Shown piece after piece: positions 24,144 to 34,709 of a stretch of DNA of 64,000 nt. The DNA comes from Euglena gracilis. Lineage: Eukaryota. The DNA lies in contig CP154954.1 of NCBI GenBank assembly GCA_039621445.1, forward strand, positions 37,433,703-37,497,702, in the 5' to 3' direction. Below the pieces are notes generated by a model. It ran no database searches. It saw only the letters and a list, made by a program, of their open reading frames with translations, and was not told the origin of the DNA. The stretch's first letter is position 1. Every line of letters begins with the position of its first letter. Both the position numbers and the translations under genes were made by a program.

Positions 24144-27053
24144 AAGCGGGAGACAGGCTGGATTTTGGGCAATGATATTGGGCAAGCCACCCCCCCCCCC
24201 AGGGTATTAAGTTAATGTTGGTTTTCAGGGGGGGGGGTCAGGGGATCTGAGGGAGCTCCCCCTTTTCCCCTCTTCGGACTGGGGTGTCCACAGACTTCTT
24301 CCGGCGCTTCGCATCCCTTTATGCCAAGGAACATGAAAAATTTTGGTCCCTGTTTGACCGGGGTTTCAAAAAAATTAAAAAAATTGCGAGAAAATGCAAT
24401 TGAAAGTGCACTGCTGTAAGGGGCACCTGGCCACTCACCACACAGCAAGCTGGGCCAGAAGCTAACTTAGCGCAGGCCATAACAACAGACAAGAAGCCTC
24501 ACTCCCCCGGGGGCAGGGCAGAATGGGAATCGGCTGAACATCCAGGGTGGCAGGTGGGGGTGGGGCCCAGGGTTTGATATAAGGAGGGCGTACATGGTTA
24601 GGTGGGGGGGGGGTGTCCCCCCCCCACCCCCCCCTCCTGGCCCGCAGGGGGGTCCGGACCACCCCCCCCCCCCACGTGCCATAGGGTCTGGACCGACCCT
24701 CGGGGGGCACCCGGGCCCCCCCAAAAAGGCCCATTTTTTTCCTCCGGCGCTTCGCGCCGAAAATTTCTTGCATTTTTGGCACATTTTTGCCCTAAAAGTG
24801 CCCAAAATGGCACTTTTGGTCGTTTTGGGGGGTCAATAATTTTTGGCCCGACGCTTCGCGCTGGGCCGAAATTCGGTCACCCAAACCGCGCAACTGTTTA
24901 GGTGGGGGGTGTCCTTCCCTCCTGGCCCGCAGGGGGTCCGGACCCCCCCCCCCCACCTGTCCTTATGTCGATCCCTGGTGGGGGGCCCCCCACCACCACC
25001 TCCTGCATTTCCGGGAGCGCCAATTCTCGACCCCTAAAATTTTTCCCGGCGCCTTCGGCGTCAGGTGGACATCTGAAAAATGCTGTGCACCCGCCTTTCC
25101 CGTTCTGCCCTGCCCGGGGGTCTTAAAAGAATCCTGGGGATCCGCTGGACGCGTGGGAAGCCCCCGGGGGGGGTCAGACCCCACCCCAGTTTGAAATTTG
25201 GAAGGGGAGCTCCGGATCGACCCGGGGGGGAGGGGGATGCCCAGGACAATTATTGGGAGTTTGCTCCGAAGAAAGGGTGAGAAGCGGGGTGGCCAGGTTT
25301 TGAACCAGACAGAACCAAGGTGCATCAAGGTGCCATTTGTCAATTGGGGCGTCCTCCCCCACAGGGATGAATGGGAAGCATTTCGGTGTTGAGGTGGGGG
25401 AAGGAGTGGTCCCCCAGGCTTTCCCTCTCCGCCCCCCCCCCCTCTTTGGAACGGAGGGGGCCCCAGCTGCCCTCATGTCCTGCGAGTTGGCTGGAAAAAA
25501 GTGCTGGCTGGACACCCCCCCTGGGGGCAGGGGTCAGCCAGCTTGCAAACTGGACCCCCCCCAAATCAAGCTGAGACCAAAAATTCTGTGAATTTTTTGG
25601 CGTTTTTTGAATTTCTTTGTGAACAAAATGGTTGCTTTTATGATCATGAATAATCATTTTTTCTCATTATCAGCATGGAAAAATTCCCCGGTGGAGTTGG
25701 AAATTCCCCAAGTCCTCTCCATCAGAAAGTGCACATCCGGGAGCTCCGAAAGGATTTTATGTGCGATTTGCGTTTTTTTGTGTTTTTTTTTTGCGCTCGA
25801 TTGCAGGTTTTTGTGTTTTGCTTGTGTTGTGTTCTGTGAGGGTCCACGTTGGGTTCCCCCACTCATCAGTGGGTGGGGTGGTGGGGTTTGCCGGGGGGGT
25901 TCAAATTCAGCCCGGCGGGGATTCAGTAAGAAAAGAAGCCGCATCCAGAACTTGGGGTCAATTGTGTCCCGTTCTCGAGTCTTCTGACTGATTGCAGCCA
26001 TTTTCTTTGCTTTGCAGTTGTCAACGGACGGGGGAAGGAACAAAATTCTGGGTTGCGCCAAGAAAATGTTTTTTTTTGGACAGCCCATTTTATTCCAGTT
26101 GGGGCCAGCTTGCGGGCCAGGCAGATGAGGACAGGGTTGGATGGGAAGCCCGTCGGTATTGAGGTAGGTGGCAGGGGGGGGGTCGCTGAGCTCTTATCCC
26201 TTTATGGGTAAGAGCGAAGCTTACCCTGACAACCCCCCCCCCCCCCCCGGGGGCCCCCCCCGGGTCGGGGCCACCTCGGGAACCGACGGATTATCACCAT
26301 GACCCCGACCCGGTTCCCGCGAGCGACTGGATCCCGACCACCCCCCCCCCCTAGGGGGGCAAGGTGGTGGGGGGGGTCCGGACGCCCCCCACCTCCACTC
26401 CTTGACAGGTGCCAAAAAAAAAATGGCAGAAATTTTTCTTCCGGCGCTGCGCACCGGAAAATGAGCAAAAAACACCCCTTTTGCTGACTTTTGGACATAC
26501 TGCCCTTTTTTTGATGTGTTGGTGTGTTTCCCCCCCCAAAAAAAAGTGTTCAAAAAATGAGTATTTTTTGGATCGAGTTTTTCAAAGAAAAATCAGGGAT
26601 TTTTGACCGATTTGGGCCCGATTTCCGTCCCTTTGCCCGTCCATGAAAGCGAAAAAATTTCGGCCCCGCCTCAGTTTCGAGGCAGGAGGGGGGTCCGACC
26701 AACCCCCCCCCCTCAAGGCTCCCCATCCAACCCTGGATGAGGATCTAACTCTCTGGATTTGGAATTGAGCGACGCAGTCACCCCCGTGTCCAACAGGCGC
26801 GGCCGGCCAAAACACGCCCACCAAAATATTGCCTCCCTCCCAAAAAGTGGAACATGTTTGCTCCGGTCTTTGGCCGTAAAAAAACCTTTTTTTTGGCGGC
26901 AAGCGAACGCTTGCCTGTGGCGCCCAGCGAATTTTCTAAGCCGGAGAGTGCCCTACCCCCTCCTTGGGGGTCCAGCCAGCCAGCAGCCCAAATTCGGGCT
27001 GGGAGTCGACTGGAATTAAAAGAAATATATATATAAAGTCGGGGCTGGCAAGC

Positions 27054-28350
27054 TGGCACTCCCTCGAGGAAAAAACGACAAGGGGGCAGGGACACCGAGG
27101 GCGAAGAACAAAGACCTTTTGAGCCCGCCCAGCTCACCCCTCGAGGAAGACCGAGAAGGGAGGAAGGGGCACCGAGGGCGAAGCACAAAGACATTGTGAG
27201 GCCATGCCTTGCTCGCCCGGCGGTTTGTTGTGATTGTTTGGCGCGCTGGGTTAGGAGGTCCCGCTTAGTGCCGCCCCGCCGGAGTTGGCTGCATTGTCTC
27301 CGACGCGGCGACCGTGGCGTTGTTTCTTTGCCTGGGGTGGTCCCCCCCAGCTCCCCCCCTGGCCCCCATCATCTCATCGAGGGGGTTTGAAGACAAATTT
27401 TCTTATATGGGTGGGGGGGGTCGGGCTCACAATGTCTTTGTGCTTCGCCCTCGGTGCCCCGTCCACCAGTGTCGTTTTTCCGCGAGGGAAATTTTCCAGC
27501 ACATTTTTTTTAAGCCACTGTCGACATTTTGGGGGATAAAGCCAGTCAAAGCTGGGGGCTGTGCTGGAGGACGAGCCCCTTTTCCTCCACAACTTTTCGA
27601 AGGTTTTCATGACCCCCATGAAAATTTGGGGCATTTTGTTCAGGCCAAAGCAGCCTGCTTGGAACTCCCAAGTTTTCCCCCCCACCTGATGCCTCAAAAA
27701 TGGCATTAGGGCCTGGCTTACTGGTATGTGAAAATAGGCATCCTTTAAGTCTATTTTGGCTGCCCAGTGGCCTTTTTCCAGAATTGGAAAGATCTGATCC
27801 AGCTTGGAAGATTTTCGTGGAACTGCTGGTTTAATTCCCCGCAGTCGCTTATGAACCTCCACTGTGTTTCCCCCCTTCTGGTTTTGAAATAGAAACCAGG
27901 GAATTAAATGTTGGGTTCCTGTGTCCTGAACCCTCTTTATGGACCCAGATTTTTTGATCCAACAGGATTTTTTCTGCTTTGGTCAGGTTTAGATTTGCCC
28001 TGAATTTTGGATGGGTGAGTGGCGCCGGCGAGCAAGGCATGACCTCACAAGGTCTTTGTGCTTCGCCCTCGGTGTCCCTTCCTCCCTTGTCGGTTTGCCT
28101 CGAGGGAGTACGAGTTAACCTTGCCGTCAGGAAGAACACCTTTTTCAATAAATATTTCTTTCCAGCATTGACCAAACGCTGGGTAGGTCCTCTCTTTAGG
28201 ATATTCTGTTATTCTTGAATTCTTCTCTTGGTCCGACTCCGTGTCTGAGATTCTGCTCCTGTCTTCTGGGTTGCGAAGGGCAATTCAGGAGTCAGCCAAC
28301 TCCGGCGGCAAAAGGCACTAAGCGCGGACTCCCAACCCAGCACGCCAAAA
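27054..28350 (-). mobile_element. Older, internally deleted DIRS copy; its left ITR is split by the intact copy and continues at 32913-32985
   Basis: Right ITR/extension at about 27140-27291; partial ICR near 27426-27460; RT fragment 27374-27862 (KLDQIFPILEKGHWAAKIDLKDAYFHIPV) nearly identical to the intact pol; left-ITR piece at 28293-28350. Confidence 0.8.
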
Positions 28351-28469
28351 TCGTACTCCCTCGAGGGAAACCGACAAGGGAGGAAGGGACACCGAGGGCG
28401 AAGCACAAAGACATTGTGAGGCCATGCCTTGCTCGCCGGCGGTTTGTTGTGATTGTTCGTTGCGCTAGG

Positions 28470-31400
28470 TTAGGCGTCTCCCCTTAGTGCCGCCTCGCCG
28501 GAGTTGGCTGCATTGTCTCCGACGTGGCGACCATGGCGCCGTCTCTTCCCCTGGGGGGGTTCCCCCCCCTCTTCCCCCCCCTGGCCCCCACTTGCTGACC
28601 GAGGGCGTTTGAAGACAAATTTTTTCAATGGGAGGGGGGGGTCGGGCTCACAATGTCTTTGTGCTTCGCCCTCGGTGTCCCTTCCTCCCTTGTCGGTTTC
28701 CCTCGAGGGAGTACGAGACACCTCGGGCTCCGCACTTTGCCATTGTGAGGCCAGATTGTGCACTGAAAAAAGGGGGGCCAGGGCATTTTCCAAGGCACCT
28801 TGGGCACCTAGTCGTTGATAATGGGCTGTGAAAGCCTCCACCCCCTTCCACTGACCAATTTCACAAACTTCTTGGGCAGAAAGGCCCAATTTTTTGAGCA
28901 AACCAACCCCTGCCCCTCTGGTGGAGTGGGGTCCCCACACCTGGGGGGGTACCCCCTGTTTGGTCAAAAATTCTTTGGTGATAGAAGCAATGGTATCTGC
29001 CTTAAGGGCTCTGTAGGGGGGTTTTAGCGTTATCAAAAGGGGGCCCCCAGGTTTTATAAAGAAACGTGTGGCTGCCACATAAGCCATAATCAAATGAAAG
29101 GGACTGATTTGGGGACATTGGGGAATTGAGACAACTCTTTCCCACTTGTGGACTTTTTGTCCTTTACGTTTGATTTGAATGTAGGGTGCCCCCCCCAACA
29201 CACTTGTGGTTCTTTTGACTTGTGCCAAATCGGATGATCGATATAAACAGAGGATGCGTGAACAAAAAATGAGCTGAGTGCGCAATGCACAAATATCAGT
29301 GGGCACAGGCTGCCCTGCCAGCCCCAGGAGGATTGGCAGTGGGTCCCAGAAAGCACCATATTTTTCCAGATTTTGGTTCCAAAGCCTTTTGTAAGGTGCT
29401 AATAAGGTATTAAACCTTAGGCCACCAAACCCAGGGATCAAAAGCATAGCACTGTATGCATTACGGGCTTGGGCCTTTGAAAATTGAAAAAGTTGGATTA
29501 AAGCATCAGCCACTTGGTCAGTTGTGGCTTCAGGGGGGGGCACCCCCATTCTGTTCAGAATCACCCATAAAAGTGTAAAGGCACTGTGGTACCTTTTTAA
29601 ACTGGGGTTTCTTCCCAGGAAATCTTCAATGGTTGAATTTTGTATTTGTTTCCCCTCCAAAATTTGCCTGAGCAAATCATGCAAAGGAGGGGCCACCTGG
29701 GGGGTGGCATTTTTTCCCCCCTGCAATTGGTGAACATACCCCTGTAGGGGGTGATTTTCAGGCAGGGGGTCCCTGGAACTTTCATTTTTATTAACTGGGG
29801 CCACCATGTGGCTGAATCCCAGTAGGGGGTGACCATCAAAACTTTGGTTTGTGGAAACATTTTTAATCTGGGGAGAAATTTTTGAATTACAGACCAGGGG
29901 GGGTTTGCATAAAGGCCCCCCATGTTGTCCAGTGGGCATTGTAATGCATCCACTGCTGTGGCTTCCCAATGGGGCCACCTTGCCACAAATTGTGGCAGTT
30001 TTTTGTTGCCTGGTGAGGCAAAAAGGTCTGTTTTCAGGTCTATGTAATTTTTGAACTGCTGCCTCAGCCATTGAAAAAGTTGGGGGTCCAGGGAATAATC
30101 CCCCCTGTCCATCTCCCACCTGCTTATGGGGTCTGCTAGGCATTCTTTTGAGGGGACCCACTTTACTTGCAGGTTTACTTGGTGCTCCATGCACCATTTG
30201 AAAAAGGGCCTTAGCATGGAATTGAAAGGGTCTTTTCTGCCCCCCCCCTTTGTTAAGTAATAGTAAATTACTTGATTGTCCACTGACAGGGACACAGTTT
30301 CTCCTGGTTTGCTCAGGCTTTGTACTGTGCTTATTGCTGCACTTAATTCTTTGACGTTTATGTGCAAAATGGAGTTTTCCCTCCAAAATTCCTGCACAAT
30401 TTTGCCTGTTCGAATGTCCAGCCCCCCCCAGGCATGGGTGCTGCTGTCTGAGTGCAACTCTCTGGTTGCACTTTGAGGGAAGGGTCTGCCCCCCCAGGTG
30501 TCCAGCAGAATTTTTATTTCCCTTAATTGATCCTTTATCCTTTGGGAAATGGGGTGTTTTGAGTCCCAGGGGGCTGTGGAATTTTCCACCAAAAAATTTG
30601 CCAGGGCATCCGTAAAGGCCCTTAGAAAGGGCAGGGCCATTAGATTGCATCTGATTTGGCCCAAAATGGCAGCCAGTTGCCTTTTTGACATGTAATCTTT
30701 TTTCACCATTTTTCCCAGCTCCTTTTTTACAGTTTTTATTTTCTGGGGGGGCACCTGTAATTTTCCCTCTTGGAAGTTTAGTTGAAATCCAAGATGATTT
30801 ACGATTTGGCTGGGCTGGAGGGTGGACTTTTTTACATTGATTTTGAACCCTGATTTGATTAAATCCCTGACGACTGTGTTCAGGTGATTTTGTAAGATGT
30901 TTTGTGTTGGGGCCACCAGTAAAATGTCGTCCAGGTAAATAAATACCTGGATGCCCCTTTTTCTCCACAGTTTTTCGAATGTCTTCATTACTGACATAAA
31001 AATTTGGGGCATTATATTTAGGCCAAAACAGCCTGCCTGGAATTCCCAGGTCTGCCCCCCCACTTGATGCCTTAAAAATGGCCTTAAGGCCTGGCTCACT
31101 GGGATGTGGAAGTAGGCATCTTTTAAATCTATTTTGGCTGCCCAGTGACCTTTTTCCAAAACAGGAAAAATATGCTGGATGTGATCCAGCTTGAAAGGTT
31201 TTACTTGAAACTGCTGATTGATTTCTCTGCAGTCGCTGATCATTCTCCATTTGGTTGTTCCCCCTTCTGGTTTTGAAATTAGAAACCAGGGGATTAAATG
31301 CAGGGTTTTTGAATCCCAAACTCGTTTTATTGACCCAGATTTTTCGTAATCCAGCAGAATTTTTTCTGCCTGATTCAGGTCCAGGTTGGCTCTGGGTTTT

Positions 31401-32633
31401 GGGTGGGTGGACAATTTTGGGGGATTCACCCAGGGGGGTTGAATGCCATCCCTGATGAGTTGACATGTTGCTGGGGTGGCATGATTTTTCCACCATTTTA
31501 GGCTTTTTTGCAGCCTTTGATGCAGGGGGGTGTCTCCCCATTTCTCCTCCATGGAGTTTATTTCCTGCATAAGATGATTTTGGGGGGGCTGGGTTGGGGG
31601 TGTTGGACATTGCACCCTTAGGGCCCCTAGGGCTTGAGCCCTTGGAAAAGGAAAGTTTCCCTGGGGGGGTGTGCTTGCACTCTCCTCTCTTGTCACTCTC
31701 TCTCTGGAGGATCTTGTTGTTGGGCTGCATACCATAGGGCTTACTGCCCCTGTTTTGCCTATCAGGCCTCCTTGATGATGATGGTGTTGGTAGCCATACC
31801 ATGGGGGGGCCTCTGTGGGTCCCCCCCTTCTTGATTTCACTGGGGGATTTGAAGGTTGATGAATAAACACTTGTGGGGGTCCTTCCCCTTCCCCCTGTTC
31901 CTCCTGGGGCTGGGCATTTGTTAAATACAAAGCCCCTGTGGGGCTGCCCTTTAGCTTCTGGGGGGCCTCTGGAGGTCCACCCCTTGTATGGCTGCCATAG
32001 CCCTTGAATTGGCCACCTTGGCTCAAGCCCCCTTTGTTCAGGCCTCCATGGCCGGGGCTGTAAGTACTGGCTTCTTGCCATGCCCAATTGAAATCTGGGG
32101 GAGCCCTGTTGCTGGGCCTCCCCTTTCCCCCCTGGAATGGGGTTGTGGGCTGAATCTGAAAAAGATGGTCGGTACAGACCTTTTTTGCCCCTTCCTGTGG
32201 GCATTCTGCTCCAGACTGGGCCCTCTGCTGGCCTTCCAATGCCGTACTGGCCCCCTTGTCCCTTATTCCATCTTGATAAGTTGGGGACATTTGCCCTCTG
32301 GGCTGGGGCTTGGGCTCTTTGGGCTGGGTCTGCCAATCTTGAAGGTTTCTTGTACCCCAATTTGAAATGTAATGGGTCTTGACCTTGGGTACCCAATGTC
32401 TTCCGCAGTCGCCTGGGCTTTTTGCCCACTGTTTGCCAGGGTCCATGGCCATCACTGTGTGTGGTTGTCTGGTGCTGAAAGTTTTCTGTTGAGATGTGTG
32501 GTGGGGGGGAAGTGATGGCCACGGCTCGCCACGTTGAAACCGCATCTCCAAGTTCTCCAGCTGGCGCTTCTTGATCTCCATTTTGTCCAGGGTGTCGACT
32601 TGATAATTCCAATTTGTTCTCCACATTCTGCAT
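28470..32633 (-). CDS. DIRS tyrosine recombinase ORF (YR domain in about the last 400 aa, long N-terminal frame overlapping pol)
   Basis: Full catalytic set: R (LYRSSDL), K (IKRKG), HxxR (HSTRGAG), W (IGQW), Y (FTAHY). Confidence 0.88.
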   Translation of the reverse strand: MQNVENKLELSSRHPGQNGDQEAPAGELGDAVSTWRAVAITSPPPHISTENFQHQTTTHSDGHGPWQTVGKKPRRLRKTLGTQGQDPLHFKLGYKKPSRLADPAQRAQAPAQRANVPNLSRWNKGQGGQYGIGRPAEGPVWSRMPTGRGKKGLYRPSFSDSAHNPIPGGKGEAQQQGSPRFQLGMARSQYLQPRPWRPEQRGLEPRWPIQGLWQPYKGWTSRGPPEAKGQPHRGFVFNKCPAPGGTGGRGRTPTSVYSSTFKSPSEIKKGGTHRGPPMVWLPTPSSSRRPDRQNRGSKPYGMQPNNKILQRESDKRGECKHTPPGKLSFSKGSSPRGPKGAMSNTPNPAPPKSSYAGNKLHGGEMGRHPPASKAAKKPKMVEKSCHPSNMSTHQGWHSTPLGESPKIVHPPKTQSQPGPESGRKNSAGLRKIWVNKTSLGFKNPAFNPLVSNFKTRRGNNQMENDQRLQRNQSAVSSKTFQAGSHPAYFSCFGKRSLGSQNRFKRCLLPHPSEPGLKAIFKASSGGADLGIPGRLFWPKYNAPNFYVSNEDIRKTVEKKGHPGIYLPGRHFTGGPNTKHLTKSPEHSRQGFNQIRVQNQCKKVHPPAQPNRKSSWISTKLPRGKITGAPPENKNCKKGAGKNGEKRLHVKKATGCHFGPNQMQSNGPALSKGLYGCPGKFFGGKFHSPLGLKTPHFPKDKGSIKGNKNSAGHLGGQTLPSKCNQRVALRQQHPCLGGAGHSNRQNCAGILEGKLHFAHKRQRIKCSNKHSTKPEQTRRNCVPVSGQSSNLLLLNKGGGQKRPFQFHAKALFQMVHGAPSKPASKVGPLKRMPSRPHKQVGDGQGGLFPGPPTFSMAEAAVQKLHRPENRPFCLTRQQKTATICGKVAPLGSHSSGCITMPTGQHGGPLCKPPLVCNSKISPQIKNVSTNQSFDGHPLLGFSHMVAPVNKNESSRDPLPENHPLQGYVHQLQGGKNATPQVAPPLHDLLRQILEGKQIQNSTIEDFLGRNPSLKRYHSAFTLLWVILNRMGVPPPEATTDQVADALIQLFQFSKAQARNAYSAMLLIPGFGGLRFNTLLAPYKRLWNQNLEKYGAFWDPLPILLGLAGQPVPTDICALRTQLIFCSRILCLYRSSDLAQVKRTTSVLGGAPYIQIKRKGQKVHKWERVVSIPQCPQISPFHLIMAYVAATRFFIKPGGPLLITLKPPYRALKADTIASITKEFLTKQGVPPQVWGPHSTRGAGVGLLKKLGLSAQEVCEIGQWKGVEAFTAHYQRLGAQGALENALAPLFSVHNLASQWQSAEPEVSRTPSRETDKGGRDTEGEAQRHCEPDPPLPLKKFVFKRPRSASGGQGGEEGGEPPQGKRRRHGRHVGDNAANSGEAALRGDA
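29597..32626 (-). CDS. DIRS pol: reverse transcriptase, RNase H and N6-adenine methyltransferase-like domain (true start uncertain, first ATG at 32581)
   Basis: RT motifs IDLKDAYFHIPV, CFGL..P..F and YLDD; RNase H LHSDSS, HINVKEL, VDNQ, LADPISR; MT motifs DLFAS..N.KL..F, VDAL and YANPPW. Confidence 0.93.
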   Translation of the reverse strand: MWRTNWNYQVDTLDKMEIKKRQLENLEMRFQRGEPWPSLPPHHTSQQKTFSTRQPHTVMAMDPGKQWAKSPGDCGRHWVPKVKTHYISNWGTRNLQDWQTQPKEPKPQPRGQMSPTYQDGIRDKGASTALEGQQRAQSGAECPQEGAKKVCTDHLFQIQPTTPFQGGKGRPSNRAPPDFNWAWQEASTYSPGHGGLNKGGLSQGGQFKGYGSHTRGGPPEAPQKLKGSPTGALYLTNAQPQEEQGEGEGPPQVFIHQPSNPPVKSRRGGPTEAPPWYGYQHHHHQGGLIGKTGAVSPMVCSPTTRSSRERVTREESASTPPQGNFPFPRAQALGALRVQCPTPPTQPPQNHLMQEINSMEEKWGDTPLHQRLQKSLKWWKNHATPATCQLIRDGIQPPWVNPPKLSTHPKPRANLDLNQAEKILLDYEKSGSIKRVWDSKTLHLIPWFLISKPEGGTTKWRMISDCREINQQFQVKPFKLDHIQHIFPVLEKGHWAAKIDLKDAYFHIPVSQALRPFLRHQVGGQTWEFQAGCFGLNIMPQIFMSVMKTFEKLWRKRGIQVFIYLDDILLVAPTQNILQNHLNTVVRDLIKSGFKINVKKSTLQPSQIVNHLGFQLNFQEGKLQVPPQKIKTVKKELGKMVKKDYMSKRQLAAILGQIRCNLMALPFLRAFTDALANFLVENSTAPWDSKHPISQRIKDQLREIKILLDTWGGRPFPQSATRELHSDSSTHAWGGLDIRTGKIVQEFWRENSILHINVKELSAAISTVQSLSKPGETVSLSVDNQVIYYYLTKGGGRKDPFNSMLRPFFKWCMEHQVNLQVKWVPSKECLADPISRWEMDRGDYSLDPQLFQWLRQQFKNYIDLKTDLFASPGNKKLPQFVARWPHWEATAVDALQCPLDNMGGLYANPPWSVIQKFLPRLKMFPQTKVLMVTPYWDSATWWPQLIKMKVPGTPCLKITPYRGMFTNCRGEKMPPPRWPLLCMICSGKFWRGNKYKIQPLKISWEETPV

Positions 32634-33038
32634 TGACTTCCAATGTCAAGTTTGAAATAATTCCTTGAATTTGATATTCTTCAGGTTCTACAGGTTCTGA
32701 ATATTGATATTGTGTTGTCTGATCTCTTCCAACTCTGTTCTTTGAATGCTTCTGTCTTCTTCCGTGTCGAAGGGCAGGATTAGGAATCAGCCAACTCCGG
32801 CGAAGAAAGGCACTAAGGGGAGACGCCTAACCTAGCGCAACGAACAATCACAACAAACCGCCGGCGAGCAAGGCATGGCCTCACAATGGCAAAGTGCGGA
32901 GCCCGAGGTGTCCAATCGCAACAAACTGCCGGCGAGCAAGGCATGGTCTTGAATGAACAATGAAAAAGTGCGGAGCCCGAAGAGGTGTGTCTCTTCTTGG
33001 AAGGCTGGGTGGGCTCTCGGTCTGCTTCGGGGGTGCTG

Positions 33039-34330
33039 GACACCTAGGTTTCCGCACTTCCCCCAAGTCAGGTTGACTGTGCGCCCTCCTTGGAAGGGCT
33101 CTTCTTAATTTTGATTTTTAAACGAGCTCCAAGTTTTCTTGGGCACCCAACCTCTGATAGTGTGAGCAAAAGGCTCCCCACTTTTCCGCTGACCAATTTC
33201 ACACACCAACGCTGAGCTTAAGCCCAATTTTTTCATCATGTTGCCTCCTGCCCTGTTTTTTCAATGGGGCCCCAACTGGCCAAGTGCGAGAAGCAATTCC
33301 AAATTCTTCTACGGCATTCTTTTGTCAAAGATACCATGGTGTCTGCCTTGACACCTCTGAAGGGGGGGTTGGAGAGTCAAAAACAAAAGGTGGAGGGGGA
33401 GACTTGGGGGATTTCCTACAAAGGAAGCATTCGCCCCCATTTTGCAATTTTTTGTCCCTTTCGCCCAATTTTTTCATGTGGTGTTGAGCAAAGTAAACGT
33501 GCACATCTTTTCATTTCTGACAAATCGGAAGATTTGAGAAACATTAAAAGGCGACAAAAAACAATGACTTGTAAACGTAAGAGTGACAGGTTGTTTCGCA
33601 GTGACTCAAATGAAATTGAGGCCAGATGCCTCAGCAGAGGCCAGGGAACGCAGAAAGCACCATTTTTCTGAATGTTTTTGTCCACGCTTTTTTGTACGGA
33701 TTCAAAAGGGGGTGAAATCTCAACCCCTGGCAACAGTAGCACTCCTGAGTAAGCATTTATGGCCTGTGTGTGGGATATTTTGAATAATTGCACAATACCA
33801 TCAGAAATATCATCAGATGATGCCTGGTGGGGGGACACCCCCCAGCAGGAGGATGTTCCTGAGTTGCGTGAAGCCACTCACTCTGATATCTTTTGTGTGT
33901 TTTTGCAGAAATGGTGGAAGGCACTTAGACAGCAGCGCCAGAAAAACAATTCCTTCACAAAAGAGCTCCTGGTTGCCACAAACGCAGTCAGATCCCTGGC
34001 AAAAAGAAAAAAACGACAGAGTTTGCCTGTGACCCTCCAGAAACACCTTTTTGCCTCCCCAGGAAGCAAAAAAGCAGCAGATTTTGTGTCCAGGAGGCCC
34101 CATTGAGAGGCAAAGGCAACAGATGGCCTGCAGTGTCCACTGGAAATCCTGGGGGCGCTATGCCAACCCTCCCTGGTCCATCATTCAAAATTTTCTTGCC
34201 AGGCTGCAGCCTTTTCCCACAACCAAAGTTTTGATGGTGGTCCCCTTTTTGGGCTTCAGCATCATGGTGGCCCCTATTCAAAAGGCTGAAGGCACCTCAC
34301 ACACCTTGTGTCAAGGTAAACCCTTACGTA
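33039..34330. pseudogene. Degenerate DIRS relic from a more distant subfamily: ICR-like motif and YR fragment on -, MT fragment on +
   Basis: 33416-33877 (-) IVQLFKISHTQAINAYSGVLLLPG..LRLQVIVFCRLLMFLKSSDL parallels the intact YR. 34040-34330 (+) LFASPGSKK..FVSRRPH..YANPPWSIIQNFLARL parallels the MT. Confidence 0.8.
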
Positions 34331-34709
34331 TGTATATACCCCGCCTCCCCCCAAATCCCCTTATTTCTGCATTTAGGTAGGTTTTTGGCCGGAAATTTCA
34401 GAGACATGAAAGCAACTGTTTTTCTTATTATTTATCATTGTATGTGACACATTTGGACAATTTTCGATGTCCCAATTTGGAAAAATGTGCCAAGAAACTT
34501 TTATTGAAAGCAAATGAGAAAAAGGCCAAAAAATTGGACCATTTGTTAGATGCACAAAGAAAAGTGGGGGAGGTTCAGTTGCCAAAACGGTCATTCATTC
34601 AGTCATGAACTTCTGCACTTCTGGGGGGGATTTTCACATTCAAAAATGGCAATTAAAATGTCTCAAACTTAATGGTAATTAAAACTTTCTCAATTAAAAA
34701 AGCTCATAC

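Larger units (their letters stand above)
28351..32912 (-). mobile_element. Intact DIRS1-type tyrosine-recombinase retrotransposon (4562 bp)
   Basis: ITRs at 28412-28510 and 32788-32888. The internal complementary region 28647-28753 matches the joined 3' end plus 5' end (..GAGGGAGTACGA|GACACCTCGGG..). Two long uninterrupted ORFs; no TSD. Confidence 0.93.
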
